NCBI GenBank assembly: GCA_031835245.2
Contig: JAVKOQ020000022.1
Coordinates: 62,001-126,000 of the forward strand
Origin: Balamuthia mandrillaris
Lineage: Eukaryota
Direction of reading: 5' to 3'
DNA length: 64,000 nucleotides
A program made the translations under genes and the position numbers. Shown here piece by piece: positions 60,099 to 64,000 of the stretch. A model generated the notes under the pieces. It did no database searches and was not told the DNA's origin. It saw only the letters and a program-made list of their open reading frames with translations. Numbering within the stretch: the stretch's first letter is position 1; each line of letters opens with the position of its first letter.

Positions 60099-60786
60099 AT
60101 GGAACGCAGGGACGCTAGTGCAGTAGATCTGCCTTGTGATGATTTTTCCGAGTTTGAAGAACAGTTGAATGAGCTTCGCAAGGATGATGACTACATCATG
60201 TTTACCATGAATAAAGTGAACACTGGCTCTGCGGAGGAGTGTGGCAAGATCTGGTCACAACTTTTGTCTGGTTTAGTGCTCTTTCTTCTCTCTCTCTGTT
60301 CACTCTCTTTTCCCTCTTCTTTCACTCCTACTTTTGCTGTTGACACTCGCGATGACTTTGCTTTTTCAGGGTACAACCTGCGAGACAGAGAGATCAGCAA
60401 ATGCGTCAAAAGGAACGAGGAACGAGTGAGCCGACTGCGAAAGGAGTTAGAGGAGGACCCGGACGACACTGACCTCGACCTGGAGCTCATGGACGCTCAG
60501 AGCGTTCTCAGCAACATGCAAGCCGAGCTGGACGTGGAGCGAATAGTGAAAAACAGATCTCTCACTCTGTTCAAAGCGAAATGCCGAAACTATGGCCCTG
60601 CCAAGGTCTCTCTCCTTTCTTCTCATCTAATTTTCTTCTCCTTCTCTCTTGCTTCTTGCTTCTTTTTGTCCTTATCCTATTCTATGCTCAACTTTACGTG
60701 TTTGGTTCTATCGGTTACAGTCCTATTCCAAAGCACAACGCACCTCTCCAGATCAACCCTTGGTAGGTCCTTCCAAACGGAGCTGA
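60099..60786 (+). CDS. MIX23: MIX23/CCDC58 (Cid2) mitochondrial intermembrane space protein
   Basis: 'CDDFSEF...LRKDDDYI...N', 'C..IWSQL...Y..RD..I.KC', 'ELDVERIVKNRSLTLFKAKCR'. Two introns; last exon approximate. Confidence 0.85.
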
Positions 60787-60971
60787 TGCGATTCGTGCGT
60801 GATTTTTTTTTGTTCTGTTCTCCTTTCTTTCTCTTGAAGAGGACTACCTACCACCAACACCTCTTCATCATTAAATTATTATTTTTCTTTACTTCTCTTC
60901 CGTTTATTCTCTCTTGTCCTTTCTTTCTTTCTTTCTCTGTTACAGTTTGTTTCACCTTCTCCTGGCACTTC

Positions 60972-61362
60972 CTACAAAAACATACTGGAGGAGGAAGCAG
61001 TACCTGGTTGCTGACCTCGTTTTGGCTCTTCCACTGGCTGATGTTGAAGGAAAAGAGCTTTCAAAACAGCCTTACTTCCCTCTTCCCATCCTTCTTCGTG
61101 GGCTTGGTTCAAGAATGGATGCTGCACAGCAAAGTGAGAAAGAACGCAAGGAAGAAACGAGAAAGAAAGGAAAGAAGAAACCTTGTGAAGAAGATCGAGA
61201 GCAGTAGGTCGGTCCTTGTGATCCTTCCGTAAACAGTGGCTCAAAAAGTTACGGAAAGGCTTGCCCCAGCGTTGCTTTTCTTTAAGTTCCGGTGCTCCTT
61301 TCGTCCGTATCAAGAACAACGCCTTCATAAAAGAAAATAGCAAACTGTCAGCCAAAAAGAAC

Positions 61363-61413
<51 letters not shown>

Positions 61414-64000
61414 TCGGATGAGAGGAAGATCAGAGTAAGGGAGGGTGCCCTCGGCCAAGAGCATGGCCAGCACGCCGACGGACCACACGTCCACTTTGGC
61501 GTCGTGGTTCTTCGCTCTGATTTGTTCGGGTGATGAAAGTCTGCATTGTGTCTCATCTCTTTTTTTAAACAAGAAAATAATAAAAGAAAGTAAATGGTGA
61601 TGAAGAGAAGAGCAAACAAAGGAGGTCAGCTTTGAGAGCGAGAGAGAGAGAGAGAGCAAGAGAAAAAGAGAGAGAGAATCGCACCTTTCCGTTCTACTGC
61701 TATCAGAGCCGAGTTTGCTGCAATCCACCAGGTTGGCTGTTTGCGAGAGGGTTATTATTTAGAGGGAAAATAAAAGAATGTGAAAGAAACAAAAGGGACT
61801 CACCGATCTTAACTTGTCCAGAGGGAGTGATAAGGACAGTCTTGCTGTTGATGTTGTTGTGGATGCGATTCATCGCATGCACGTGGAATAGCCCCTTCAA
61901 CGTCTGTTATTTTATGTGACCGTTCTCGTTTCAGTAGTTTGTTCAAAAAGAATGAGAAGGCGTGGAGAAGAGATAAAATAAAAACCTCTAAGCAGATGTA
62001 CGCGATGAGCGTTTCATCAAACTTGACGCCAAGTTGAATGAGATCAGATAAAGAGAGGTGGGCAGTGCCTTGCATGACAACCCAAAGCTTTCTGCCTTGA
62101 ATAAACGCATCCAAAAACTGAACAATGTTCTCGTGCCTCATCTCTTTCATCAGGCGGATGCCGCTTGATATCTCATGAAGATTGGTCGCATCGAGATCGA
62201 GCTTCCGAATGCTCACCTGCGTAGAAACAATACTGGAGTATAAGATACGGTCTGGGAAAGATGAAGTCTTTGACAAAGATAGAAGACAGCAGAAGCTCAA
62301 TGAAGAAAGAAAGAAAGGAAGAGGAGAAGAAGAAATACCGGATCGCCGGTTATCGAGTTGGTGGCAGAGAACAGGTTGTGTTCAGCACTGTTGGTTTGTT
62401 TGACGATATCTTTATACAAGGCGTGTGGATCCTCTTTGTTTATCAACACGTCTACTCGTCGAAGAGCAATAACAAAGAAACAAAAGTGAGCAAACATAAC
62501 AAAAAACAAAACAAAGACAAAAACAACTTACCGAATTTTACAAACTGTTTGTCAGCAGGAAAAGAAATGGTGACTTCTCCTCTGTCTGTTGCTACAATGC
62601 CTTCTCCTTCCCCTCCTTCAGAGGAAGAAGACGTGGAAGAAGAGGGAGAAGAAAGAGGGAATGGATGTCTTCTCTCAAACGAGGTAGAGAGCTGGACTCT
62701 GCTTGGAGTGGAGGAAGTCTCCGTTGTTGGTAATGGGGAACCGGAAAGCTGCCTACTGTGACGCTGTTGAAACTGCAGCACATCCAGCACAGCGTCCGGC
62801 TCTTCCAACGCTTCATCTTTGCTGATTGTGCCCTTTAGCATCAGCTCCCATTCGCTTGGCATTCCCTGTTCATTATCGCCGATAGATAGAACAACAGGAA
62901 ATAACAAGAATAATGAAAGAATGCATGAGAAAGAAGGAAAGACAGTAGAAAGACAAGCTAAATGGAGAAAAGGAGAAACGGGAAAGGGGATGAAACCCTG
63001 AATCCAGAGGCAGCATTAAAGTCGGCATGAATAAGATGGCGGACATTGAGAGGCATGCTGACACTGAATCTTCGGCTGCTGGATTCTGCATCTTTCTTGT
63101 CATGAGTACAGCGGAAGGTGCTGTCATCCTGCGTGGTGCGAGTTTCATGAAATCTCGCTTTCAACTCTTCCTTTTTCTCCTCCTCTTCTTCTTCCTTTTC
63201 TTTCCCTGCATTGAAATACGAGTCGAGGAAGGCAGAGGGATGTGGGATGTGAGCTGTGAGAAAGAAAAAGAGGAGAAGTGAAACAGAGATGAATAACTTA
63301 CTTCCTTTGAATCCCCTGAACAGCTTATTGGAGAGAGTTTTGCTGAGGGATCTTCTCTTTTCTCGTTTAAGTTTGGTGAGTGCCGGCATGCTGGGTGCGT
63401 CCTGGCCCGGTTGATCCGCGAGCTTGTTTGCTGTCGAGGAGGAGCTCAATGAACGTGGCAGTCGTTCTTCTTCCTCCATTCCCTCTTCTGCTTCTTCGTC
63501 GTCGTCATCATCTTGTTTCATAGCATCTATTATCTCTTCCTTTCTAGTTTTCTTTTCATTGTGGGTTTTACGCGTCACTTTGTCAGTTGTTGTCTCTTTT
63601 TCACGCTTGTGTGTTTCTCCTTCTTCTTGCTCTTCTTCCGATTCCTCTTGTTCGTGTCGTTGCATTAGCAATAATACTACATCCATATGGCCAAGTCTTT
63701 CTGCTATTTGTAGAGCTATCTCACCGTTACAATCCCGCCTATAACATATGCTCTTTTTTTTTGAAGTGTTTTGTAGGTTAGTATATCCATCTTCTCTTTT
63801 CCGTCCTATCTCTCTTCTTTTCTCTTTCTCTCCTTGGTGTTCTTACCTCATCGCGTTTTGCTGCCACGTCGAATTGGAGAAGCGCACGAACAATATCCTC
63901 TCTTCCTTGAAAGGCGGCAAAGTGAAGAGGCAAACATCCAAATGAATCACTGGTGGCAACCAGTCGAATAGCCTCTTTCGTTTCCAACCGTTGAAGAAGC
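60972..64000 (-). CDS. Ankyrin - CRIB/PBD - STE20/PAK-like (pseudo)kinase; 5' end at or beyond window edge
   Basis: Ankyrin 'GCLPLHFAAFQGREDIVRALL'; PBD 'VSMPLNVRHLIH...GMPSEWELML...PDAVLDVLQF'; kinase 'HENIVQFLD...LWVVM', 'KVDVWSVG', 'KALFLI...PELK...RPTALDLL.HPF'. Confidence 0.88.

Noticed and set aside
60787..61232. Hydrophobic C-terminal extension of the 377-aa MIX23 ORF
   Set aside because: Read-through of T-rich intron and UTR sequence and the antisense of the kinase 3' end; MIX23 homology ends near 60600.
1..64000. tRNA or rRNA genes
   Set aside because: None recognised by eye; tRNAscan-SE or Infernal would be needed to exclude them.

Overview
Gene-dense, intron-rich eukaryotic DNA. 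Short GT-AG introns, intronic (CT)n tracts and the gene content suggest a free-living amoebozoan such as Balamuthia (inference only). About 19 spliced genes can be read: HEATR5/Laa1 (3' part), an atypical CNTD1/CYCJ18-like cyclin, OGDH E1, an SRRM1-like PWI protein, PIGB, a TQ-cluster/FHA protein, a ~9 kb DEP + split alpha/beta-hydrolase + App1-like gene, GBF1, a helical-bundle/LIM protein, an RCC1-repeat protein, a GH27 glycosidase, DHA kinase, phosphoserine phosphatase, an ankyrin protein, DGK-PH, IQ-DH-PH-RhoGAP, a PHF10-like protein, MIX23 and an ankyrin-CRIB-PAK pseudokinase. Three accessory islands break the pattern. (1) 12.6-15.1 kb holds an IS607-type TnpA relic (the Fanzor2-associated serine recombinase) whose catalytic segment is flipped between 38-bp inverted repeats, followed by a spliced kinase fragment that the ORF track misses and that carries a dense hairpin array. 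(2) 44.9-46.6 kb holds a polypurine satellite. (3) 49.8-50.7 kb is a CpG-free, AT-rich relic with piggyBac-like motifs. All calls come from manual translation and motif recognition with no database searches, so exon boundaries are approximate.
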